Shown here one piece after another: positions 36,510-45,940 of a stretch of DNA of 64,000 nt. Source of the stretch: Flavobacteriales bacterium (GTDB lineage Bacteria > Bacteroidota > Bacteroidia > Flavobacteriales_F > PHOS-HE28). The notes under the pieces were generated by a model, which saw only the letters and a program-made list of their open reading frames with translations, was not told the origin of the DNA and ran no database searches. How positions within the stretch are numbered: position 1 is the first letter of the stretch; each line of letters opens with the position of its first letter. Location of the stretch: positions 20,578 to 84,577 of the forward strand of contig JAEUSV010000031.1 of assembly GCA_016788485.1 (NCBI GenBank), in the 5' to 3' direction. The position numbers were made by a program, and so were the translations under genes.

Positions 36510-38372
36510 ATGAAACACGTCCTGTTCCTCGCAGTGCTTTGCTCCGGATCCATGCAGGCCCAGACCGGCCCGGGTGGGGTGGGTTCGAGCACCACGAACG
36601 CGCTCTGGTTGCGCGCTGATCGCGGCGTTTACCGCGATGCCGGAACGAACCTGGCCACGAACGGTGAGAACGTCTTCCAATGGAACGACATGTCCGGCAA
36701 CGCGCTCTTTGCGAGCGAGCCGTTCTCCGTGAACCGCCCCGACCTGCGAACCGGCGTCCTGAACGCCCAACCCGTGGTCCGTTACACGGCCGCCAGTAAC
36801 GATCGGCTCATGGTCTCGGGGCTCACCTCCGGTAACCAGGCCTCCGTGTGGGTCGTGGCGCGGCACACCTCGTTGCCTTCGCCCAACCCGGGCCTGATCC
36901 AAGGCAGCTCGACCGGCAACGCCTATTCGGCCAGCGCGAACCTGAAGCACGTGGGCATGTGGGTGAATTCGACCAACACACAGCCCTGGGGACGTGGGGT
37001 CCGCTCCGATGGTACAGAACTGAACATCACGCAGACCACGGCGACCACCTCGGGCACCTTCTACATCCTCAACAACGATTACGGTGCCACCACCATCCAG
37101 CAGTACATCAACAACGCAACGGCCGGATCGGTGGCGACGAACGGCACGCTGCGCTCGTGGTCCGACATGGCGATCGGGGTGCAGGCGGGCACCGAAGGCT
37201 GGAACGGTGACATCGCCGAGGTCATCGCCTTCAACGTCTCGTTGAACTCGGTGCAGCGCATCATCGTAGCGAACTACCTGGCCGCCAAGTACGGCTTGGG
37301 ATTGACCACCAGCGACCTGTACCTCCAGGACAACCCGGGCAACGGGAACTACGACCACGATGTGGCCGGCATCGGCCGGTTGAGCAGCACCAACCTGCAC
37401 ACCGACGCGCGTGGTTCGGGCATCGTCCAGATCTCCAAGGCCGGTCACGCAGGCCTCGGCGACAACGAGTTCCTGATCTGGGGCCACGACAACCGCGACA
37501 TGGACGCTTGGGGCGTCACCGATTATCCGCCCACGATCCAGGGCCGCGTGGCGCGCGTATGGCGTGTGAACGAGGTGAACACATCGGGCACCGCGGTGGA
37601 TGTGGGCAATGTGGACATCACCTTCGACCTCGCCGGCATGGGGTCCGTGACCGCGGGCGACCTGCGCCTGCTGGTGGACACGGATAACGATGGGCTGTTC
37701 GCGGATGAGACGCCCATCAGCGGTGCGACCAATCCGAGCGGCACCCTGTACCGCTTCTCGGCCGTGAACGCGCTCGCCAACAACCGCCGGTTCTCCCTGG
37801 GCACGGCCAACGCCATCGGCACGCCGCTGCCCATCGAGCTCATCGCGTTCAACGCCCGACCCGTGGGCGCACGCACGGTACGCACCTGGTGGTCCACCGC
37901 CACGGAAACGAACAATGCGGGCTTCCAGGTCGAGCGCAGCATCGACCTGATCACCTGGGATGAGGTCGCAGGGGTCGTTGGGGCCGTGAACTCGTCAGCT
38001 GTGCTGCATTATGAGGCCTATGACGAGGAGGCTCCTGCTGGAACCGTCTATTACCGCCTGCGACAGACCGACCTCGATGGCCGGAGCGAGGTGTTCGATC
38101 CGGTCGCGGTGCGCCTCGATGCGGGTGCGGACGATGACCTTCTGGTCTACCCCAACCCGATCGACGGCCCAATGACCGTGGTGTTGGGCGATGTGGGCGA
38201 TGCACAGGTGCAGTTCCAGCTTTGTGACGCCAGGGGCCGCGAGGTGTCGGCGACGCTCGAGCCCATGGGCCTGGGTGCCTATCGACTGGCCACCGGGCAC
38301 CTGATGCCTGGCAGCTACGTCCTTCGCGTGCAGTTGCCCGGGCAGGTCCGCACCGCGCGATTGGTGCGCTGA
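36510..38372 (+). CDS. T9SS cargo, LamG/ConA-like head (paralog B)
   Basis: Same architecture as 34489-36327; C-terminal ~60% strongly similar. Confidence 0.85.
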   Translation: MKHVLFLAVLCSGSMQAQTGPGGVGSSTTNALWLRADRGVYRDAGTNLATNGENVFQWNDMSGNALFASEPFSVNRPDLRTGVLNAQPVVRYTAASNDRLMVSGLTSGNQASVWVVARHTSLPSPNPGLIQGSSTGNAYSASANLKHVGMWVNSTNTQPWGRGVRSDGTELNITQTTATTSGTFYILNNDYGATTIQQYINNATAGSVATNGTLRSWSDMAIGVQAGTEGWNGDIAEVIAFNVSLNSVQRIIVANYLAAKYGLGLTTSDLYLQDNPGNGNYDHDVAGIGRLSSTNLHTDARGSGIVQISKAGHAGLGDNEFLIWGHDNRDMDAWGVTDYPPTIQGRVARVWRVNEVNTSGTAVDVGNVDITFDLAGMGSVTAGDLRLLVDTDNDGLFADETPISGATNPSGTLYRFSAVNALANNRRFSLGTANAIGTPLPIELIAFNARPVGARTVRTWWSTATETNNAGFQVERSIDLITWDEVAGVVGAVNSSAVLHYEAYDEEAPAGTVYYRLRQTDLDGRSEVFDPVAVRLDAGADDDLLVYPNPIDGPMTVVLGDVGDAQVQFQLCDARGREVSATLEPMGLGAYRLATGHLMPGSYVLRVQLPGQVRTARLVR

Positions 38373-38476
38373 GCCACCGAAGCCCGCCAGGACCACCGCC
38401 AAGGTCATAGCGGCCATGGGTTCCCCTGGCGCTCGTGGTCATGGTCCGTGCCCGGGGGATCTCGTACCCTTGTGGC

Positions 38477-39364
38477 ATGGCGGATGTGGCCACCTACCAA
38501 TTACTGGATGGCAAGCGCTGCGGCGATGCCCTCCGCGTGGAGATCGCTGCCGGGGCGGCCGAGGTGAAAGCGGTGCGGGGCCGTGAGCCCCACCTGGCCG
38601 CCGTGCTCATCGGTGACGATGGCGCCAGCCGGACCTACGTGGAGAGCAAGGTGAAGGCGTGCGAGAGCGTGGGATTCAGGAGCACCCTGATCACAAGGCC
38701 GGCGTCGACCTCGGAGGCTGAGCTGCTGGCGCTCGTGGGGCAGTTGAACAACGACGCGGAGCTCGATGGCTTCATCGTGCAACTGCCGCTCCCCGAGCAC
38801 ATCGACGAGGAGAAGGTGACCCTGGCCATCGACCCGGCCAAGGATGTGGACGGCTTCCACCCGGAGAACATCGGACGCATGGTGCTCGGCCTGCCTTGCT
38901 ACCTGCCGGCCACGCCCGCGGGCATCATGGAGCTGTTGAAGCACTATGGCGTGCCCACCGCAGGCAAGCACGCGGTCGTGGTCGGGCGCAGCCACATCGT
39001 GGGCACTCCCATGGGCATCCTGCTCAGCCGCAATACCGACCCCGGTAACTGCACCGTCACCATCGCGCACAGCAGGACGCGTGACCTGGCCTCCATCACG
39101 CGTCAGGCCGATATCCTGGTCGCTGCGGTCGGTCGCCCCGAGATGATCACCGGCGACATGGTGAAGGAAGGTGCCGTGGTGGTGGATGTCGGCATCCACC
39201 GTATCCCCGATGCGTCGAAGAAGAGCGGGTTCCGGTTGGTCGGCGATGTGAAGTTCGACGAGGTGGCGCCCAAATGCAGCTGGATCGCCCCCGTGCCGGG
39301 CGGTGTGGGGCCCATGACCATCACGAGCCTGCTGCTGAACACGCTGAAGGCGGCGCAGCGTTGA
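38477..39364 (+). CDS. folD: Bifunctional methylenetetrahydrofolate dehydrogenase/cyclohydrolase
   Basis: VQLPLP, KDVDGFHP, PATPAG, GRSHIVG, DVGI, PVPGGVGPMT. Confidence 0.97.
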   Translation: MADVATYQLLDGKRCGDALRVEIAAGAAEVKAVRGREPHLAAVLIGDDGASRTYVESKVKACESVGFRSTLITRPASTSEAELLALVGQLNNDAELDGFIVQLPLPEHIDEEKVTLAIDPAKDVDGFHPENIGRMVLGLPCYLPATPAGIMELLKHYGVPTAGKHAVVVGRSHIVGTPMGILLSRNTDPGNCTVTIAHSRTRDLASITRQADILVAAVGRPEMITGDMVKEGAVVVDVGIHRIPDASKKSGFRLVGDVKFDEVAPKCSWIAPVPGGVGPMTITSLLLNTLKAAQR

Positions 39365-39419
39365 AAAGCCGCATGGCCGGTGCTTGACACCCCCTGTACG
39401 GTCGGGGTACTTTTGTGTC

Positions 39420-40166
39420 ATGATGACACGTTACGCCCTTTCCGCTGCCACGGTCCTTCTGTTCGCGGCACACGGAGCTGCCCAGTGCACGGTGGACCTG
39501 GGGCCGGACACGGTGTCCATCTATTTCGGCTACGACCCGATGGCCTGCACCACGCTGCAGCCCGCCATGTCGGGCCCGGCGCCGTACGACTTCCAATGGA
39601 GCAACGGCGATAGCGCCGCGGCCATCACGGTCTGCGACACGGCCTCGAGCTGGTACTACGTCAGCGTGATCGATGGCGACACCTGCCTCGCCGGCGACTC
39701 GGTCTTCGTGAACGTGGTCGATGTACGGTGCGGCAACAACAACAACAAGGTGCTGGTATGCCACATCCCGCCCGGCAACCCGGCGAACGCCCACACCATC
39801 TGCATCAGTGAGAACGGCGTGCCCGCCCATCTCGCCCATGGTTGTGTGCTGGGCTCCTGCGCTCCGGACACGGCCCAGGTGCAGGTGGTGGGAGGGACGC
39901 TTCAGATGGCGCTCGCCCCGAACCCCATGGCCGATGCCACGCAGATCACCATCACCAGCACGGAGGACCAGGCGATCGACCTGGCCTTGTTCGATGCCGG
40001 AGGCCGTCGGGTGATGCAGGTGTACCAAGGCACCATCGCGGCCGGCGAAACGCGCACCTTCCCCCTGGCCGGCAAGGCCGTGGGCGCCACTTCGCACATG
40101 GTGTGGATGCACCTGCGCGGCTCCAGCGGCGATCGCGTGCAGCATGCCTTGATGCTGGAGCGCTGA
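39420..40166 (+). CDS. Small T9SS cargo with Cys/His-rich CHIPPGNP module
   Basis: Signal peptide; PKD-like segment; KVLVCHIPPGNP...AHLAHG..LGSC; LAPNP..CTD. Confidence 0.8.
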   Translation: MMTRYALSAATVLLFAAHGAAQCTVDLGPDTVSIYFGYDPMACTTLQPAMSGPAPYDFQWSNGDSAAAITVCDTASSWYYVSVIDGDTCLAGDSVFVNVVDVRCGNNNNKVLVCHIPPGNPANAHTICISENGVPAHLAHGCVLGSCAPDTAQVQVVGGTLQMALAPNPMADATQITITSTEDQAIDLALFDAGGRRVMQVYQGTIAAGETRTFPLAGKAVGATSHMVWMHLRGSSGDRVQHALMLER

Positions 40167-40901
40167 TCAGCGCGTGAAGGCCCTTGCACGTTCCGAGAGT
40201 GCCTCCACCAACGCTGCACGGCCATCTCCGGAAGGCTGCAGCTGCTTGAAGCACGCGTTGTTGCTCTTCTGCTGAAGGATCCGCTGCACCTCGTCATCAT
40301 CCGGGCTGTCCGGTACGATCATGTACAACAGCCCGGTCTCCGCCGTCCACGCATAGCGATGCGCCGGCCCTTCATCCGCGGTACGCAGGATAAGGACCGT
40401 GAAGGTGTGCGTACGATACACGGACAGGCAGCCGGAGCGGGCCTCCCGGGGCAGTGATCGAGCCTTGATCGGTATCGTATCCTCCACCAGCAAAGGCCGC
40501 CTTGTGGTGCGTACACCGGCCACGTTCCAGTCCCCCGTGCGGTAGGGAACTGCGCGTGCCTCGACGAATCGGCCATCGGAACGCCGGACGATGCGCAAGG
40601 TGTCCAGGATGTTCGCCCGGACCGGCCATGGCTCGCAATAGCGCATGTACTCCCAGGTAAGGCTGTCCGGTTCCGCGGACCGGCGCATCCGCATGTGCAT
40701 GCTTGAATGCCAGCTCGTCGTGCCCTGCCCGAGCAGGTCGTTCCCCTCGGAGCTCCATGCCAACGAGCCGCCCAGGCATCCTTCAACACGGATGTCGTCC
40801 GAACAGATCAAGGTGAACAGGTCGGGGACCTGAGCATGAGCCACCGTCAGGAGGGGCCCTCCAAGGACGAGCGCGAGCACTCGCAACGTCACCTTCTTCA
40901 C
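40167..40901 (-). CDS. Secreted hypothetical protein
   Basis: GTG overlaps the acs stop (GTGA); signal peptide ending AHA|Q; fills the intergenic gap. Confidence 0.55.
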   Translation of the reverse strand: MKKVTLRVLALVLGGPLLTVAHAQVPDLFTLICSDDIRVEGCLGGSLAWSSEGNDLLGQGTTSWHSSMHMRMRRSAEPDSLTWEYMRYCEPWPVRANILDTLRIVRRSDGRFVEARAVPYRTGDWNVAGVRTTRRPLLVEDTIPIKARSLPREARSGCLSVYRTHTFTVLILRTADEGPAHRYAWTAETGLLYMIVPDSPDDDEVQRILQQKSNNACFKQLQPSGDGRAALVEALSERARAFTR

Positions 40902-42811
40902 ACCCTTCCCGCCTTGATCTCCTCCACCACCGCCGGGTCCAAGAGGGTGGAGGTATCCCCCAAACTCCCCAGCTCGTTCTCCGCCACCTTCCGCAGGATC
41001 CGCCGCATGATCTTGCCGCTGCGTGTCTTGGGCAGGCCGCTCACGAACTGGATCTTGTCCGGCTTGGCGATGCGGCCGATGCTGGCCACCACCGCTTCGA
41101 TCACTTCGCCGCGCATGTTCTCCACGGCGATGGCGTCTTCGGCGGGGATGGGCTTCTCGCACACCACGTAGGCGTAGATGCCCTGTCCCTTGATGTCGTG
41201 CGGGTAGCCCACCACAGCGCTCTCCACCACGCCCTTGGCCTGGTTGATGGCGTTCTCGATCTCGGCCGTGCCGAAGCGGTGGCCGCTCACGTTGATCACA
41301 TCGTCCACGCGACCGATGATGCGGTAACGGCCGTCGGCATCGCGCTTGGCGCCATCGCCGGTGAAGTAGTAGCCCTTGTAGCTGCTGAAATAGGTCTGGC
41401 GGCAGCGCTCGTGGTCGCCCCAGGTGGTGCGCAGGATGCTGGGCCAAGGGAACTTCATGCATAGAAGACCCTCCACTTCATTCTCCAGGATCTCCTTTCC
41501 CTCGGGCGTGAGCAGCACGGGCTGCACACCGGGCAGGGGCCACGCGGCGTGCGCGGGTTTCTCATCGTTCACACCGGCCATGGTGCTGATCAATATGCCG
41601 CCGGTCTCCGTCTGCCACCAGGTGTCCACGATGGGGCAGCGGTCCTTGCCCACGTGGATCTTGTACCAGTTCCAGGCCTCCTCGTTGATGGGCTCGCCCA
41701 CGCTGCCGATCACCCGCAGGCTGTCCAGCGAGTAGGCGAGCACATGGTCCAGCCCGGCGGCCATCAGGCTGCGGATGGCCGTGGGCGCGGTGTAGAAGAT
41801 GTTCACCCCGTGCTTGTCGATCACCTGCCAGAAGCGGCCGGCATCGGGGAAGGTGGGCACGCCCTCGAACACCAAGGTGGTGGCGCCGTTCAGCAGCGGA
41901 CCGTAGATGATGTAGCTGTGGCCGGTGATCCAACCCACATCGGCCGTGCACCAGTACACATCGCTCTCCTCGACCTGGAACACGTTGCGGAAGCTGTGGT
42001 CGGTGTACACCATGTAGCCCCCGCAGGTGTGCACCACGCCCTTGGGCTTGCCGGTGCTGCCGCTGGTGTAGAGGATGAAGAGCGGGTCCTCCGCATCCAT
42101 CACCTCGACCGGACAGTGCTTGTCCACGTGGAGCAGCTCGTCGTGCAGCCACACATCGCGGCCTTCCTGCATGTTCACGCTCCAGCCCAGCCGCTCGGTC
42201 ACGATCACCTTCTGCACCGTGGGACAGGTCTCCAGCGCCTCGTCCACCACGCGCTTCACGGGGATCTGCTTGTGCCCGCGGTTCAGGCCGTCGCTCGTCA
42301 GCACCATCGTGGCGGCGGCATCCTGGATGCGGTCCGCGAGGCTCTGTGCGCTGAAGCCGCAGAAGACCACGCTGTGGATGGCGCCGATGCGCGCGCAGGC
42401 CAGTGTGGCGATCACCAGCTCGGGGATCATCGGCATGTAGATGCAGATGCGGTCGCCCTTCTTCGCTCCATTGCGCTTCAGCACATTGGCATACTGGCAC
42501 ACGCGTTCATGCAGTTCGCGGTAGGTGAGCCGCACGAAGCGCTCCTTCGGGTCGTTCGGTTCCCAGATGATCGCGAGCTTGTTGCCGCGCTGCTTCAGGT
42601 GCCGGTCCAGGCAGTTCTCGGTGATGTTGAGCTTGCCGCCCGCGAACCACTTCACATCGGGCTTCTCGAAGTCCCACTGCAGGGTGGTGTCCCAGGTGCG
42701 GTGCCAGGAGAAATGCCCGGCCAGGGCCGCCCAATAACCTTCGGGGTCGCGGATGGCCTCCGCGCAGGCGTCGTCGTAATCGGCTTGGGTGCGGATGCGT
42801 TGCAGGGCCAT
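40898..42811 (-). CDS. acs: Acetate--CoA ligase
   Basis: YTSGSTGKPKG, DTWWQTETGG, GRVDDVINVSGHR, PKTRSGKIMRR. Confidence 0.97.
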   Translation of the reverse strand: MALQRIRTQADYDDACAEAIRDPEGYWAALAGHFSWHRTWDTTLQWDFEKPDVKWFAGGKLNITENCLDRHLKQRGNKLAIIWEPNDPKERFVRLTYRELHERVCQYANVLKRNGAKKGDRICIYMPMIPELVIATLACARIGAIHSVVFCGFSAQSLADRIQDAAATMVLTSDGLNRGHKQIPVKRVVDEALETCPTVQKVIVTERLGWSVNMQEGRDVWLHDELLHVDKHCPVEVMDAEDPLFILYTSGSTGKPKGVVHTCGGYMVYTDHSFRNVFQVEESDVYWCTADVGWITGHSYIIYGPLLNGATTLVFEGVPTFPDAGRFWQVIDKHGVNIFYTAPTAIRSLMAAGLDHVLAYSLDSLRVIGSVGEPINEEAWNWYKIHVGKDRCPIVDTWWQTETGGILISTMAGVNDEKPAHAAWPLPGVQPVLLTPEGKEILENEVEGLLCMKFPWPSILRTTWGDHERCRQTYFSSYKGYYFTGDGAKRDADGRYRIIGRVDDVINVSGHRFGTAEIENAINQAKGVVESAVVGYPHDIKGQGIYAYVVCEKPIPAEDAIAVENMRGEVIEAVVASIGRIAKPDKIQFVSGLPKTRSGKIMRRILRKVAENELGSLGDTSTLLDPAVVEEIKAGRV

Positions 42812-42952
42812 GGTCTGGTGCGTCGGAAGGGCCGGCGCATGGCCAAGTTAGCCGCGTTGCACCATCATGCCAGGGACATCCATGCGGTTTGGGACGTATG
42901 TCCACCATCGGGAACTGCGATGCGGTCCCAAGGACCTTTCTATACTTATGGA

Positions 42953-44590
42953 ATGAAGGCCGTCAACATCGCGCCGACGTTCCCAAGGCGCTACCTCCCC
43001 CTGCGCACCTGCCTGCTGCTCGTGGCCACCGCGATGCTGGCCGGGCAGGTGCATGCCCAAACGAAGACCCAACGGGCCGACATCGAATGGGGCGACCTGC
43101 TGGACGACAAGAAGGACGGGGATTTCAGACGCGTGATCGACCGCACAGGCGATGCGGTCTACCAGCTGATGTACAGCAAGAAGGACGGATTCCTGGTGCA
43201 GCGCATGGATCTGGACATGCGCCCTGTTTACCGCAAGCCCATCGAACTGGAGATGGGCAAGGATGAACTGGAACTGGAGGATGTGCACATCATCGGGCGC
43301 AACATCGTGGTGTTCGCTTCGAGCCATGACAAGCGGAACGACGAGCGGAACCTCTTCGTGAAGGTCTACGCCGCGGCCGACATGGGACCCGTGAGCATGT
43401 ACACCAAGGTGGCACGCATGGACGTGGAGAGCCGGCGCAACCGGGGGGCCTTCAATACCGCGCTCTCGCCTGACAGCAGCAAGGTGCTCCTCTACGTCCA
43501 GAAGCCCTTCGAGAAGAACGAGAAGGACCGGTTCGCGGTGAAGGTGTTCGATGCCTCGCTTTCCAAGCTGTGGGAGGCCGACATCGAGATGCCTTATACC
43601 GACAAGGAGTTCGTCATGGAGGAGATGCAGGTGGACAACGATGGCAGCGTGGTGTGCGTGGGCGTGAAATACGCCTCTCCCAGGGAGCGGCGCGAGCTGA
43701 AGCGCTCCGGCGGGGTGCCGTATGACTATCACGTGCTCGTCTACTGGAAGGGGCAGGCCGCCCCGGTTGACGAGACCATCAAGGTGGAGGGAAAGTTCCT
43801 GCAGGACCTCACGCTGAGCCTGGGCAAGGACGGGGACATCCTCTGTGCCGGCTTCTACAGCGACAAGGGCTCCTGGAGCATCCGGGGCACCTTTTTCCTG
43901 CGCATCGACCGGGTGACCAAGTCCATCGTTCACCAGAGCTTCAAGGAGTTCGACAAGGAGTTCATCACGGCATACATGACCGAGAAGGAGAAGGGCAAGG
44001 CCGAGCGGAAGGCCGAGCGCAAAGGGGAGGAGGTGGAGATGATGGAATACGATGTGCGCGACATCATCAGGCGGGAGGACGGTGGCGCCCTGGTCTTGGC
44101 CGAGCAATACTATTGGTGGGTGGAGACGGTGCGCACGACCAACGCGAACGGTACGGTCTCCACCCGGGTCATGTACCACTACGTGTACAACGACATCATC
44201 GTGGTGAACATCGCACCGGGCGGCGATATTGAATGGGCGGCCAAGGTCCCCAAGCGCCAGCACTCCATCAACGACGCCGGCTACAACAGCTCGTTCGCGG
44301 CGAACCTCAAGGGCGGCAAGGTCCACCTGATCTTCAACGACTCGGGCAGCAACCTCTTCCTCAAGGAGGGGGACCGTGTGGCGCAGTTCGAGGTCACGGG
44401 CAAGGATGCGTTGGTGACCCTGGTGACGGTGGATGAGGACGGTATCACGCACCGGGAGGCGTTGTTCAGCCCCGAACGTCGCGATGCGAAGGTGTGCCCC
44501 AAGGATTGCGTGCAACTGGTGGACGGGCGCACGTTCCTGTACGCGTCGCGGAAGAAGGAGTACCGCTTCGGGATGGTGACCTTCGACTGA
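42953..44590 (+). CDS. Secreted/periplasmic beta-rich (propeller-like) hypothetical protein
   Basis: Signal peptide ending VHA|Q; SPDSSK, DGG.LVLAEQY, W...VPKRQ patterns; start uncertain. Confidence 0.75.
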   Translation: MKAVNIAPTFPRRYLPLRTCLLLVATAMLAGQVHAQTKTQRADIEWGDLLDDKKDGDFRRVIDRTGDAVYQLMYSKKDGFLVQRMDLDMRPVYRKPIELEMGKDELELEDVHIIGRNIVVFASSHDKRNDERNLFVKVYAAADMGPVSMYTKVARMDVESRRNRGAFNTALSPDSSKVLLYVQKPFEKNEKDRFAVKVFDASLSKLWEADIEMPYTDKEFVMEEMQVDNDGSVVCVGVKYASPRERRELKRSGGVPYDYHVLVYWKGQAAPVDETIKVEGKFLQDLTLSLGKDGDILCAGFYSDKGSWSIRGTFFLRIDRVTKSIVHQSFKEFDKEFITAYMTEKEKGKAERKAERKGEEVEMMEYDVRDIIRREDGGALVLAEQYYWWVETVRTTNANGTVSTRVMYHYVYNDIIVVNIAPGGDIEWAAKVPKRQHSINDAGYNSSFAANLKGGKVHLIFNDSGSNLFLKEGDRVAQFEVTGKDALVTLVTVDEDGITHREALFSPERRDAKVCPKDCVQLVDGRTFLYASRKKEYRFGMVTFD

Positions 44591-44595
44591 AGGTC

Positions 44596-45090
44596 TCAGC
44601 CGCGCACTCTACGTCGCAGCGCCGCCATCTTCAAGGCCGCCACGGCGCAATCAACGCCCTTGTTGCCGTGCTTGCCACCGCTGCGGGCGCGTGCCTGTCC
44701 GATGCTGTCGTCGGTGAGCACGCAGAAGATGGTGGGCACCCCGGTCAGCAGGTTCACGTCCATGATGCCCTTGGCCGTGGCCTGGCACACGTAGTCGAAA
44801 TGCGGGGTCTCGCCGCGGATCACGCTGCCCACGCAGATCACGGCATCGAAAGGCTCGCTGTCGATCAGGATCTTGGCGGCCGGGGCGAGCTCGTAGCTGC
44901 CTGGTACACGCTCCACGCGGAGGTCTTCCTCGCGAACCCCGTGGTGCAACAGGGTGCGGCGTGCCCCTTCGGCCAGGGCGTGCGTGATCTCCTCGTTCCA
45001 CTCGGCCACCACCAGCGCCATGCGCATGCCGGCGCCATCTGGGACCCCCTTCGGGTCGTAGTGCGACAGGTCGGTGAGGGCCGTGGCCAT
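44596..45090 (-). CDS. ribH: 6,7-dimethyl-8-ribityllumazine synthase
   Basis: VAEWN, VPGSYEL, VIRGETPHFDYVC, GNKG. Confidence 0.97.
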   Translation of the reverse strand: MATALTDLSHYDPKGVPDGAGMRMALVVAEWNEEITHALAEGARRTLLHHGVREEDLRVERVPGSYELAPAAKILIDSEPFDAVICVGSVIRGETPHFDYVCQATAKGIMDVNLLTGVPTIFCVLTDDSIGQARARSGGKHGNKGVDCAVAALKMAALRRRVRG

Positions 45091-45106
45091 GGCGTTGGGC
45101 GCCGGA

Positions 45107-45802
45107 TCAGCCCTGGGCGGCCATCGCCTCGGCGCGCGCCGCGAGCTTGCGGGCGTTCATCGCGTCGGCGCTGGTGCTGAACTCCTTGGCCACACGGTTG
45201 AAGGCGCGCGCGGCGGCTTTCCAGTCACCCTTCTGCTGGTGCAGTACGCCGGCCTTCATCAGGTACATGGGGGTGGTGAACTCGCTGTTCACCATTTCGG
45301 CCGCCTTTTCGAACTGGGCCACGGCCTCGTCGACCCGGCCGAGCTCCACAAGCGCGTCGCCCTGGTTGCCCACGGCCATCACGCGCAGTACATCGTCGTC
45401 GGGCTGGGCCTCCTGGTAGTGGTCCAACGCAGCCTGGAAGTCGCCCTTCTGCATCAGGATCGAACCCAGGTAGAAGTGGGCGAGCTCACCGCTGGGGGTG
45501 CTGCTGTAGTTGTCCACGATGGCCTGGAAACCGATGAAGTTGCCGTCGCCGTTCATGGCCAGGTCCAGCGAATCGACCTCGAAGTAGTACTGCGCCTTCC
45601 ACATGGCATTGCGCGCCTCCTCGGCCTTGGGTTCGGCGATGAACTTCTTGTAGCCGAGCACGCCGGCCACCACCAGCAGCACCGAGGTGATGCCGATGCT
45701 CAGCGCCTTCTTGTTCTTCTCGAAGAACAGTTCGGTCCGGGTGTACACCTCACCGATGTCGAGGTCCTTCTGTTCGGTGGGGTTCGGGGCCTTGGTTGAC
45801 AT
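45107..45802 (-). CDS. Membrane-anchored TPR protein (YfgM-like)
   Basis: One N-terminal TM followed by TPR helices; typical ribH neighbour. Confidence 0.85.
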   Translation of the reverse strand: MSTKAPNPTEQKDLDIGEVYTRTELFFEKNKKALSIGITSVLLVVAGVLGYKKFIAEPKAEEARNAMWKAQYYFEVDSLDLAMNGDGNFIGFQAIVDNYSSTPSGELAHFYLGSILMQKGDFQAALDHYQEAQPDDDVLRVMAVGNQGDALVELGRVDEAVAQFEKAAEMVNSEFTTPMYLMKAGVLHQQKGDWKAAARAFNRVAKEFSTSADAMNARKLAARAEAMAAQG

Positions 45803-45922
45803 GTGCGTGCGCTGATTTTCGGACCGCAAAAGTAGGAGGTTCCCCCGTATGTCCGACACCCGCCCGGCGACCTGTCAACACCCTGTTGGTTGCGGAGCCC
45901 GGGGGGAGGGGCGGGGGCGGGC

Positions 45923-45930
45923 TATCTTTG
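45923..45930 (+). promoter_or_regulatory. -7 promoter element TATCTTTG for recF
   Basis: Exact TAnnTTTG 10 nt before the GTG; divergent partner TACTTTTG at 45827-45834 (-). Confidence 0.65.
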
Positions 45931-45940
45931 GGCGCCTGCC

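Noticed and set aside
34489-38372. Diversity-generating retroelement explanation for the paralog pair
   Set aside because: No reverse transcriptase in the window, both copies are full genes, and differences are not adenine-specific.
39734-39748. (AAC)n microsatellite as a phase-variation tract
   Set aside because: Short in-frame Asn codon run; cannot shift the frame.
41549-44590. Apparent 1013-aa ORF, and similar long N-terminal extensions (48874-51000, 5613-7283, 56785-58836)
   Set aside because: Upstream parts overlap real genes in other frames or strands; true starts are internal, supported by signal peptides or -7 elements. No fusion or frameshift is needed.
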